64,000 bases of DNA from Candidatus Bathyarchaeota archaeon. GTDB lineage: Archaea; Thermoproteota; Bathyarchaeia; Bathyarchaeales; Bathycorpusculaceae. The DNA lies in NCBI GenBank assembly GCA_963832745.1, contig CAWHVC010000001.1:448001-512000 (forward strand), given 5' to 3'. Of the stretch, positions 29,583-38,336 are shown piece by piece; positions within the stretch are counted from its first letter, which is position 1, and each line of letters opens with the position of its first letter. The translations under genes were made by a program, and so were the position numbers. The notes below the pieces were generated by a model. The model was given only the letters and a program-made list of their open reading frames with translations, was not told the origin of the DNA and made no database searches.

Positions 29583-30287
29583 ATGGAAAACTTGCCGGAA
29601 GTAAGCATTGTTATCCCTGCATACAACGAAGAAGCAACAATAACTGACTGCTTAGAAAGCTTAGACCAAACGTTAACCAGACTGCCGCTTTTGTCAGAAA
29701 TCGTTGTAATTGACGATGGAAGCAAAGACAAAACTTTCCAAACAGCCTCAAAAGTTAAAACGCAATCCAGTTTGCAGATTATAAAAAATAAAAAGAATCA
29801 AGGTAAGGGTTCAGCATTAAAAAGCGGGTTTAACTTGTGCCATGGCAACATCGTCATGTTCATGGATGCCGACCTTAGACTAAACCTAAAAACATGCACC
29901 AAAATCATTGAAACACTTGGCTACGCCGATGTAGTTATTGGCTCTAAATGGTTGCCCGAGTCAAGCGTAAATTATAGTTACAAAAGACGATTGTTAAGTC
30001 ATTCATTTAAGGTGCTTGTATATTTGCTAACTAAACTTCCGTTTTCGGATACCCAATGTGGATTAAAAGCGTTTAGACGCCAAGTGCTGGATTCTCTGAT
30101 GCCCATGACGCAAATAAAAAGATTTGCTTTTGATGTTGAATTGCTTTATTATGCACAAAAATACGGATTCAGCATTAAAGAGATTCCGCTTAAAATTGTT
30201 AACCGAGAAAAAAGTTTGAGATTGCATTCAATGTTAAAAATGGGTGTAGACGTGCTTTCGCTTTCTTATTATAAAGATAATCTTTAA
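29583..30287 (+). CDS. GT2 dolichol-phosphate glycosyltransferase-like
   Basis: IVIPAYNEE, DDGS, NQGKG, DAD, DTQCGLK, FDVELL. Confidence 0.92.
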   Translation: MENLPEVSIVIPAYNEEATITDCLESLDQTLTRLPLLSEIVVIDDGSKDKTFQTASKVKTQSSLQIIKNKKNQGKGSALKSGFNLCHGNIVMFMDADLRLNLKTCTKIIETLGYADVVIGSKWLPESSVNYSYKRRLLSHSFKVLVYLLTKLPFSDTQCGLKAFRRQVLDSLMPMTQIKRFAFDVELLYYAQKYGFSIKEIPLKIVNREKSLRLHSMLKMGVDVLSLSYYKDNL

Positions 30288-30300
30288 CCCAACCCACAAT

Positions 30301-31392
30301 TCATGCTTTCTCAATAATTTCTAAAAAGGCTGAAGCTGTTTTATCCCAACTAAAAGTCCTCGAAAAATCTATCGCGTTCTTTACAAAAGCTCGTCTTTTT
30401 TCTACATCTAAAATTAGAAAGGTTATTTGTTGCGCTAACTCGCTAATGTTTCCTGATTGGGCAAGCAAACCAGTCAGTCCATCCTTAACTGAATCCCTTA
30501 ATCCGGCAACATCATAAGCAACACATGGAACACCCAGCGCGTTAGCTTCAATTACGTTTAAGCCCCACCCTTCTCTTACGCTTGGATTAACCAAAACCCA
30601 TCCTTTTTCAAGCTCCCGACGACGCTCCGCATTTGGTAGGTTAGTGTAGAATTTTACACCTGCCACTGCCTCTTTCTGTAACTTTTGCAGTAATGGGCCG
30701 TCACCCAAAAACACAAGCTCAGCGTTAGGAATTTTTTGCTTGACTAACTTGAAGGCATCTAAAGCATGGTCGGGGCGTTTCGCTTTTGTCAATCTACCGC
30801 TATAGACGATACGGGGATTGCCCGTTTTCTCTTGCGCACTCTGAATAGGTGGAAAGTTTAATCCTTCTGGAACAATTGCGGTTTTTCTAAAGCCTAATTG
30901 CGCCAAATCGTTTCGGGTGCTTTCTGAGATAGTGACCGTTAAGCAATCTTTGTATTTGTTTAGCCAATGTTTCTCTAAAAAGTAGTAACCTGCGAAGTTT
31001 ATTGGAAATGATACTTCATAAAACCAGTATTCTTTCGCTAACTGATGAATAAGTGCTACCACCCTTGTTTCTTTGGCAAATTCAATAGCAAAAAATGGTC
31101 GAGTGTTAATCTCGTCGATAACAACATCATATTTTTCTTTGGGGTTGGTTTCCTCAAAAAACTTTTTTGCTTTTTTGTAAAGCCAATAACGTCCGCTGCC
31201 CACCCTAACGATTCGTATTCCGTCCAAGTTTTCTTCTGTTTTGCAGTTGGGAAAAGTTGAAGTACATAGGGTTACTTGATTTCCCTGCGCTGCCCACCTT
31301 TTGGCGATTTCGTGAGTAAAGACTTCGGCACCACCCATTGCAGGATTGTGCCAGCACCGCCAATTAAAAATAAGTATTTTTAAACGGTTTAA
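30301..31392 (-). CDS. GT4 glycosyltransferase (start uncertain)
   Basis: KILIFNWRCWHNPAMGGAEV, GRL..KRPD, EGWGLNVIEANA; the conserved N-terminus lies upstream of the first ATG (31338). Confidence 0.9.
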   Translation of the reverse strand, partial: LNRLKILIFNWRCWHNPAMGGAEVFTHEIAKRWAAQGNQVTLCTSTFPNCKTEENLDGIRIVRVGSGRYWLYKKAKKFFEETNPKEKYDVVIDEINTRPFFAIEFAKETRVVALIHQLAKEYWFYEVSFPINFAGYYFLEKHWLNKYKDCLTVTISESTRNDLAQLGFRKTAIVPEGLNFPPIQSAQEKTGNPRIVYSGRLTKAKRPDHALDAFKLVKQKIPNAELVFLGDGPLLQKLQKEAVAGVKFYTNLPNAERRRELEKGWVLVNPSVREGWGLNVIEANALGVPCVAYDVAGLRDSVKDGLTGLLAQSGNISELAQQITFLILDVEKRRAFVKNAIDFSRTFSWDKTASAFLEIIEKA

Positions 31393-31803
31393 AGAGCACG
31401 CCCCCTGTTTGCCAACCTATTGAAACACACCTTTTGTTAATGATTATTTGCCGCTACTAATTACTATTACTCGATGCTAAATTTTTCAAAAAGTAAAAGA
31501 TTGCTTTAATATGAAAGCTGACTGGGATGACGCCATTGAAAGAAAGTGCTATAGCAATTGGAAGCAGCGCTATTTTTATTATTGACAATTTTTGTTAAAT
31601 GACCAAAAAGAAAAAGGGGAAAATATTATGGGTAAGGGGAAATCACCATTTTCAGGACATGCAGGTATATACATCAAAAACTCGGAAACAGTTTTGGCAC
31701 TTTTGAAATGAAACTCAACCAAGCAGTAATGGAGAACAAGAAATAAATTGCATCCAACCGATATATTTCTGCAAGGTGTAGAGCAATAGACGATTTTCCC
31801 TCC

Positions 31804-32460
31804 TTGACATTTAAAATTGGAACCGGGCAAACAAAAAATGACCGCGTCTGGATAGCCAAGAAAAAAGAATACTACGAGAAAGCTTGGAAAACATCAGGCT
31901 CAAAAATACTGCGAAGAATCGAAGACGCTTGCGGCGACACCTTCACAAACACAGCCAAAGAAAAGGGAATACTTGTTTATCTTTACAAAAAGACGCCCCA
32001 AAACCGTTACGGCACCCTAAATGAAGATAACCCATTGGAAATCAGCCTTTACCTAACAAAAACAGACAACACCAACACGGCAAAAGAAGTGCTGGTCCGC
32101 ATGCTGGTTCACTCGTTTATTTGGCAACAGTACGAGTTTCATTTTAGGGACCGTGTGCAAACGCTTTTTGAGGACATTCTTGCAGATGAATATGTGACAT
32201 CAATGGCGGCTTTTATGGTGTTGGGGCGTAAGCCTGGGCGTGCAAACTGCGTTAAAGCGTTAGAGCAAGCAGTTGAGGAGACAGTTTGCAGGTTATCTCA
32301 AAAGCAGACTCAATGTAAGCTTGTAGATTTAATGTACAGTTTCTTTCAAGAGGGGAACGGTAAAAATAAAAAGCGGATGGATATCTTGGAAAGTCGGGAA
32401 GAGCTTGTGCTAAAGTTGTTGACGTTTTTGCCCAAGAACCTTAAGGAAGACTTTGAATAA
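31804..32460 (+). CDS. Hypothetical protein
   Basis: 218 aa ORF; zincin-like layout without an intact HExxH (RMLVH). Confidence 0.65.
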   Translation: MTFKIGTGQTKNDRVWIAKKKEYYEKAWKTSGSKILRRIEDACGDTFTNTAKEKGILVYLYKKTPQNRYGTLNEDNPLEISLYLTKTDNTNTAKEVLVRMLVHSFIWQQYEFHFRDRVQTLFEDILADEYVTSMAAFMVLGRKPGRANCVKALEQAVEETVCRLSQKQTQCKLVDLMYSFFQEGNGKNKKRMDILESREELVLKLLTFLPKNLKEDFE

Positions 32461-32649
32461 CTGTTGAACCCATTTGCCTTTTATAGGGTTTGATTAGTTT
32501 TCCTGTTGGGGAGTTGCTTGTTTTGAAAAGGGATATGTCTGTTTTGAGTCAGATGTATATTAAAAGGTGTTTTACGTCTCAAGAGTCAATACGTAATACA
32601 ATTTGATATTGATATTGCGACTAAGGCTTGCTTACTGCAGGAGAAGGTT

Positions 32650-33945
32650 ATGAGTAGAAAAATTGAAAAAGTACTCATCGTAGATAACGATAAAGAAACG
32701 CTTTTTGACTTATCCAAGGCTCTCGAAATTGACGGTTGCCATGTTAAAACAGCCTTTAAAGGCTTTCAAGCTTTACTCATGACTCAAAAAGAGCATTTTG
32801 ACGCCTTCGTAATCGACATAAGTCTTCCAGACATGACTGGCACACAACTGTTAGCCCAAATCCAATCAATCAGCCCAAAAGCAGTCAAAATCATGATAAC
32901 CAACAATCCATCACTAGAAAACGCCACCGAATCCATAAACAAAGGCGCAAACGCCTACTACCAAAAGCCAGTCAACCCCCAAACCCTGCTGCATGACTTA
33001 CGAGAAAAACTGCATGCACACAGCGCCCAAAGAGTTGTGTTGGAACGCAAAAAAGAAGACTGGGTTAAGCAGCGAATAAGCAAAATACAATTAAACGAGT
33101 ACTTACAGTTCGCAGAAGAAACCGCCGCTCTTTTTGGAGTTTTCGGTTTAAGCAAGACCCAAGCCAAAATTTACATGGCACTTAACGCCTTAGGAGTTGC
33201 GACGGCTTCAGAAATTGCGGTCTTATCTAAAATCCGCCGTGAAGAAGTTTACCGGATTATGCCTGAACTTGAGAACCGCGGCGTCATCACCAGCCGACTT
33301 GAAGCGCCAAGAAAATTTGCTGCAACAGAACCAAAAACAGCACTTGATATCTTGGTAAAAATGAAGGTTGAAGATTTAGACAAAGAAATGTTGATGCTAC
33401 AGCAACGAAAAGAAGAGTTGATTTCACGGTTGCTTAACACTTCTTTTGGCATTTATGAAGAAAATTCGGTGGAAGCATTGTCTCGGCAAGTTAATGTTGA
33501 CATGCGGTTAAGCCAGATGACCAAGAAGGCTAAAAATCAAATTTTGCTTGTTTGTTCAATTGATGAAATGAAAAAAATCATTAACGAAATGCAGGAAGCA
33601 GCTGGCCTAATCAAGTTGCGCACAATCGTGGGCGAGGGCGAGTTTCAGGATGAAACAGTTGATTCTGTTGATGGGAAGGAGCTTGGGCATTTTTTGGCTG
33701 CGGCTGGACGGGGCAATTGTAGTGTTGATTTGCGTTTTGTGGCTAAGCGGGCGTTTAATTTGGTTATTGTTGATGGGCGGGAGGCTATTTGGGGTGAGTC
33801 CAAATTGTTGAGGTTTGAACGGCGGGTTCTGTGGACTAATGACCCGGTTCAGGTGGGGATTTTGAAGCGTGCTTTTGAGAATCTTTGGCAAGAGAGTGTA
33901 TCTTGTGAGTGTGAGGCTGAGGTCCGGATGGGGTCTTTGGTTTAA
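32650..33945 (+). CDS. Response regulator: REC + TrmB wHTH + effector domain
   Basis: VLIVDND, IDISLPDMTG, QKP; GLSKTQAKIYMAL TrmB HTH. Confidence 0.88.
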   Translation: MSRKIEKVLIVDNDKETLFDLSKALEIDGCHVKTAFKGFQALLMTQKEHFDAFVIDISLPDMTGTQLLAQIQSISPKAVKIMITNNPSLENATESINKGANAYYQKPVNPQTLLHDLREKLHAHSAQRVVLERKKEDWVKQRISKIQLNEYLQFAEETAALFGVFGLSKTQAKIYMALNALGVATASEIAVLSKIRREEVYRIMPELENRGVITSRLEAPRKFAATEPKTALDILVKMKVEDLDKEMLMLQQRKEELISRLLNTSFGIYEENSVEALSRQVNVDMRLSQMTKKAKNQILLVCSIDEMKKIINEMQEAAGLIKLRTIVGEGEFQDETVDSVDGKELGHFLAAAGRGNCSVDLRFVAKRAFNLVIVDGREAIWGESKLLRFERRVLWTNDPVQVGILKRAFENLWQESVSCECEAEVRMGSLV

Positions 33946-34051
33946 GGGGTGTTAGTGGGTTGGTACACACACATAATTATTATATCTTGAGTCGTAGCAC
34001 ATCAATACATATCTTAAATCGTAAATCATAAAGCACATCAAAGGTTAAGCC

Positions 34052-34363
34052 ATGCAACCCCACAAATCATCAAAACTTGAACTATATTTAGAAATCCTAA
34101 GATCAATAGAAACAAAAAAACCCACAAAACTTGAATCAATCAAAAGACGAACAAACATAGACGAAAACTTTCTGAATCACGCCGTCGTTTTCCTGGAAAA
34201 ACTAAACCTTGTAACCAAACGAAGCATCAACAACCAACTAAGCATCAGAAGCACCTTACGCGGCGAACGCATAAGCAGATACCTCACCGAGTTAGCCCAC
34301 GGCACCTTCTTCTACGTACTACCAAACGACGCAACATGCCCAAACGAACGTTACCCACAATAA
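34052..34363 (+). CDS. Winged-helix protein (COG3432-like)
   Basis: SKLELYLEILRSI...T.RG pattern. Confidence 0.7.
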   Translation: MQPHKSSKLELYLEILRSIETKKPTKLESIKRRTNIDENFLNHAVVFLEKLNLVTKRSINNQLSIRSTLRGERISRYLTELAHGTFFYVLPNDATCPNERYPQ

Positions 34364-34436
34364 ACCAAACCAATTTTTTAATAACATAGCTGGAATTGAA
34401 AGGTATTAATATCGAAAATCAGTTTGCCATACACAG

Positions 34437-35285
34437 GTGCAACAATTGAAAAGGTCCGCAGTCATCGCAACAACTGTTTTAATGATTATTTCGTGTGCTT
34501 CTTTTTTAGGAGCCGCTTCAGCGCAAAGTTATTTGCCGGGTGTGAAGTATGGGGACTTTTTCAAGTATCAATATGAACTTTCTACAAATGTTACGGGCAG
34601 CCGCCAAACTTCGTTACCCTCAGATCCTCTTGTTGAGCAAGCTAAAACAATAGACCATATTGATATATCAATTACTGGAGTCTCGGGTAGTGTTGTTTTG
34701 GCTGACACGATAACACAGTACAAGACGGGAACCCAGCAAGAATACGCTGGAACCTCTAATGTTGCCTCAGGAAACGGTACGCTTGCCCAGTTTTTTATTG
34801 CCGCAAACTTGGCTGCAAATAGTCCATTGCGTGTGGGTAGCGCAGATACAATCAACGGAACAATTACAAGAACTTATACTTCAGGCACAAGAGAACTGAA
34901 TTACCAAAACATTACCAAAGAAACCATTATTCCACCTGACCAACTAACACAATACAACATAACTGTCCCTCTCACTCAAGTTAACACGCAAGTAGCATAT
35001 TGGGACCAACAAACCGGAGCACTTGCACAGCTTACTTACCGCATGGTGTCAACTTCCACACAAGTTAACGCCACTCTAACGCTAACCCTCAACCTGGTTG
35101 AATCCAACGTTTTCGCCGTACCAGAATACCCCACAATCCTTGTCCTGCTGGTCATGGTTATTCCAGCGTTTGCCGCCGTAAAATACCGCAAAAAATTGAA
35201 GCAACTAAATTTTTTTTTGAAAAATGGCAGAGCGGATTCTAACAGGCCACTATTCCTAAAAGATGACTTTTACCAGTTGCGCTGA
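34437..35285 (+). CDS. Secreted surface protein with PEF-CTERM-like sorting signal
   Basis: Signal peptide; GVKYGDFFKY; YWDQQTGAL; VPEYP + TM + KYRKK. Confidence 0.75.
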   Translation: MQQLKRSAVIATTVLMIISCASFLGAASAQSYLPGVKYGDFFKYQYELSTNVTGSRQTSLPSDPLVEQAKTIDHIDISITGVSGSVVLADTITQYKTGTQQEYAGTSNVASGNGTLAQFFIAANLAANSPLRVGSADTINGTITRTYTSGTRELNYQNITKETIIPPDQLTQYNITVPLTQVNTQVAYWDQQTGALAQLTYRMVSTSTQVNATLTLTLNLVESNVFAVPEYPTILVLLVMVIPAFAAVKYRKKLKQLNFFLKNGRADSNRPLFLKDDFYQLR

Positions 35286-35555
35286 ACAGAAAAGGGCTTT
35301 GGTTCCGCCAATCTGGTAGGCAATCCGTAGCGCCTCCAAAATCTCATCTTTTGATGCGCCAGCAGCAAGGGCTCTTTTGCCTAAAACAACGGCGCCTTCA
35401 AGAGCGCCCTCTGCAACATCAATTGCCAAAGCAATAAGAAGCTTAAACTTTGCAGGCAAAGCCCCATCAGAATAAGCCAACCCAACAAGGTTTTGATATT
35501 GTTCAACGAGTTTAGGATCAAGTTCCCTGTATTTTTCAAGCGGATTTATAGACAT
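35256..35555 (-). CDS. Carboxymuconolactone decarboxylase/AhpD family
   Basis: DGALPAKFKLLIALA, GASKDEILEAL. Confidence 0.88.
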   Translation of the reverse strand: MSINPLEKYRELDPKLVEQYQNLVGLAYSDGALPAKFKLLIALAIDVAEGALEGAVVLGKRALAAGASKDEILEALRIAYQIGGTKALFCSAQLVKVIF

Positions 35556-35605
35556 ATCAATCACAAAACATGTTGCATTGACTGGATTAAAAATTTAGTG
35601 TTGTA

Positions 35606-36832
35606 TTAAGGCGGGTAGATTGGCAGTTTAATTTGGAACTTTGTACCCACTCCGACTTTGCTTTTAAAGCCGATGCTGCCGCCTTGAGCCTCAACCAAAC
35701 GTTTGACCACAGCCAACCCTAATCCTTGACCTTTAGCTTTAGTGGTGAACATGGGTGAGAAGATTTTAGCTTTTAATTCTTCAGGTATGCCAACTCCGGA
35801 GTCCGCTATGATGATGCAGATGCAATCGTTTTCTTGGCAGGTGGTGATTTTGAGTTGGCCGCCGTTTGGCATTGCTTGGATGGCGTTGTTGATTAGGTTA
35901 GTTAATACACGTTTGGTAAAGGTGTGTTCTATGCTTATTTCTGGAAGAGGTTTGATTTTAAGAAGCAATTTTATGTTGCTTGGAAAAGTGATTGTTTTAA
36001 TTACTTCCGAGATTAGATTTTCCAAGTTTACTTTTTGAAATTCCGGTTTTAATGGTCTTGAGTAATCTTGTAGGTCTGCAATTATCTTGTTGATATATGA
36101 TATGCCCTGTTCGATGCTGTCTAAGCTCTCGATAATGTTTTGTTTGGTTTGGTTGGGGGGCATGTCGGTTAATTCTGTTTTTATTAGGTAAACTTCACCA
36201 GTGAGTGCTTGCAGTGGGTTGCGGATGTCGTGTCCAACCATGCCTGCAGTTGCACCAATCGCGGCTAACCGTTCTTTGTCCTGAAGTTGCCGGGTACGTT
36301 TCGCCACTAACTCCTCAAGATGCCTACTGTACTGCTGAATTTGGTCTTCAGCCTGCTTCTGCTCCGTCACATCCTGATCCACGCCAACCACAACCGTGAC
36401 TTTTCCCTCAGCATCTACACCAACTACTTGACGCTGGGAACGAATTATGTGAACTGACCCGTCATGCTGGATTATACGGTAATCAAAGCGTTCTCTATGA
36501 TTCAAGGACGAATGCAACATAATCTGCACATTTTTATTGGCTGACTCTAAATCATCCGGATGAATAAAGCTTGCATATTCTTCCCAGGTAAAACCAGTAG
36601 TTCTAGGTTCAAGACCAAAAACACGATACATCCCAGGTGACCAGATGGCTCCAGCTTCTGTCTGTACAATGTCAAGTTCCCAACTGCCAAAATTCGCCAC
36701 CTGCTCCGCTAAAGCAAGAAGCTTCGTATTTTGACTTGCCAAACTGCGTTTCTTCTTTGCAGCAGTTTTCTTCTTTTTAGATAGAATAAAATCAGAATCA
36801 GATACAGAGGCACCCAACAACATTTGCCTCAT
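35606..36832 (-). CDS. PAS sensor histidine kinase
   Basis: PAS_3 (IHPDD); ERLAAIGATAGMVGHDIRNPLQ; NNAIQAM, DSGVG, GQGLGL. Confidence 0.93.
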   Translation of the reverse strand: MRQMLLGASVSDSDFILSKKKKTAAKKKRSLASQNTKLLALAEQVANFGSWELDIVQTEAGAIWSPGMYRVFGLEPRTTGFTWEEYASFIHPDDLESANKNVQIMLHSSLNHRERFDYRIIQHDGSVHIIRSQRQVVGVDAEGKVTVVVGVDQDVTEQKQAEDQIQQYSRHLEELVAKRTRQLQDKERLAAIGATAGMVGHDIRNPLQALTGEVYLIKTELTDMPPNQTKQNIIESLDSIEQGISYINKIIADLQDYSRPLKPEFQKVNLENLISEVIKTITFPSNIKLLLKIKPLPEISIEHTFTKRVLTNLINNAIQAMPNGGQLKITTCQENDCICIIIADSGVGIPEELKAKIFSPMFTTKAKGQGLGLAVVKRLVEAQGGSIGFKSKVGVGTKFQIKLPIYPP

Positions 36833-36947
36833 ATAAAAGAACCTAAAGGCGGCTAATTAAGACTTTCAGACATGAAATTGCCGCTAATCAACCGCGTTTA
36901 GCTGCTTCAAATTTAACCGAAAAAAGCATTCATTTGTCGGAGCCAAA

Positions 36948-37079
36948 CTATTTTCCCTGGACTTTTTGACCTGCCTTCTTTGCTTCATCCTCTGTTTTAT
37001 GTCCCACACTTTTTGCACCTTCTGCAGTTTTGTTTGCGGCTTCTTCTGTTTTCTTTTTTGCTTTACCAAAAACTGACGT
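36948..37079 (-). CDS. 43-aa LEA-like peptide with 11-mer repeats, apparent ACG start
   Basis: GGAGGTGA, 5 nt, then ACG TCA GTT TTT GGT: (M)SVFGKAKKKTEEAANKTAEGAKSVGHKTEDEAKKAGQKVQGK*. Confidence 0.6.
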   Translation of the reverse strand, partial: TSVFGKAKKKTEEAANKTAEGAKSVGHKTEDEAKKAGQKVQGK

Positions 37080-37279
37080 ACACTTCACCTCCTACATAAA
37101 GAAAACTTCTTTACCTTATGATTTTAGACATCAAAAATTAAAGATATGTGACTGTAACAACATCACCCCATTAACTGACAATCAGAACGCTAGTTTGGCA
37201 CTGAAGAAACTTGATTTATGAAATAAAGATAGATGAATCCAGTTTATAAGTAAAAAATAATTTCTCTGTAAGTCAGAAA

Positions 37280-37357
37280 TGGTGGACCGAGCGGGATTTG
37301 AACCCGCGACTTCCTCGTTGCGAACGAGGCGATCATGCCAGACTGATCTATCGGCCC
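37280..37357 (-). tRNA. tRNA-Ala(CGC), CCA encoded
   Basis: Full cloverleaf GGGCCGA...TCGGTCC ACCA, loop TTCGCAA, G3:U70. Confidence 0.97.
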
Positions 37358-37454
37358 AATATAGCTCCTCAATGAATCCATACTTTTGACTTTTAGAGCT
37401 TTCGGTATCCAAACCCTGCTTGCATTGCAGTGCTAACCTGCCACGGAGTATTGC

Positions 37455-37904
37455 TTATATCCAGTCTTCGTCAGCACGCCTATAGTTAACTAAATTTTCC
37501 ATTTGGAAAAATATTTTCATTTCCTCTTGAGCGTTTTCCGCTGAATCAGACGCGTGAATCACGTTTTTTTGTGTTTCCAGTGCCATGTCGCCTCTTATTG
37601 TGCCGGCTGCGGCTTCTTTTGGGTTTGTTGCGCCAATCATGCTGCGGACTGTCTTAACGGCGTCAGTGCCTTCTATCACCATTGCCACGACGGGTGCCGA
37701 GGTGATGTATTCAACTAGGCTTTGGTAGAATGGTTTGCCTTTGTGTACGCTGTAGAGTTGTTCTGCTTCGGTTTGGGTGATTGCATGCATTTTTAAGGCG
37801 ATGATTTTTAGGCCTTTGGTTTCGAATCTTGCGATTATTTGACCGATTAAGCCTCTGGTTACTGCGGAGGGTTTGAGCATTGTAAAGGTTACTTCTTTGT
37901 TCAT
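37455..37904 (-). CDS. ndk: Nucleoside diphosphate kinase
   Basis: [27 protein letters not shown]. Confidence 0.97.
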   Translation of the reverse strand: MNKEVTFTMLKPSAVTRGLIGQIIARFETKGLKIIALKMHAITQTEAEQLYSVHKGKPFYQSLVEYITSAPVVAMVIEGTDAVKTVRSMIGATNPKEAAAGTIRGDMALETQKNVIHASDSAENAQEEMKIFFQMENLVNYRRADEDWI

Positions 37905-38111
37905 TTGTTATCAGATTGATTTAACGTGGTTTGTTTTAATCTACTTTTTGTTTGCGAAAATTGCTTATATGCGCTGGCTGGTTTGGTTTTGTCGGGGCAG
38001 GTAACAGTTTAACGGTCCGTGCTAGTTGTGCAACTGCATTGTGCTTTCCGATGCTTCTGTTGCTTTGTTTTTAATAACAACTTGTTGGCATACAAATATG
38101 CTTGCTCTGGC

Positions 38112-38166
38112 CCTACCCTCTATAGCGTTCAATATAGAACTCTAATAGCAGCCAAATAGGCGCCAA
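38112..38166 (-). repeat. Dispersed 56-bp element, copy 2
   Basis: Reverse-complement homologue of 11616-11671. Confidence 0.8.
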
Positions 38167-38336
38167 TTTCAAGGTAACTTGTAAATCTGGCGATTCTCAA
38201 GGTTCATATGCTTGGTTTCTGATTGTTATTCGTGTTTTTCTCAGTTGAACTTGAAAGCATTTTGAACATTTCGTTTATTAAAGTGTTTACGGAATTATCA
38301 ATTGTAACACTTCTTTTTCAATAGAGCTGATTATTT

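Noticed and set aside
33982-34041. Short duplicated words (ATATCTT..TCGTA, AGCACATCAA)
   Set aside because: Only two imperfect copies; at most a local promoter duplication
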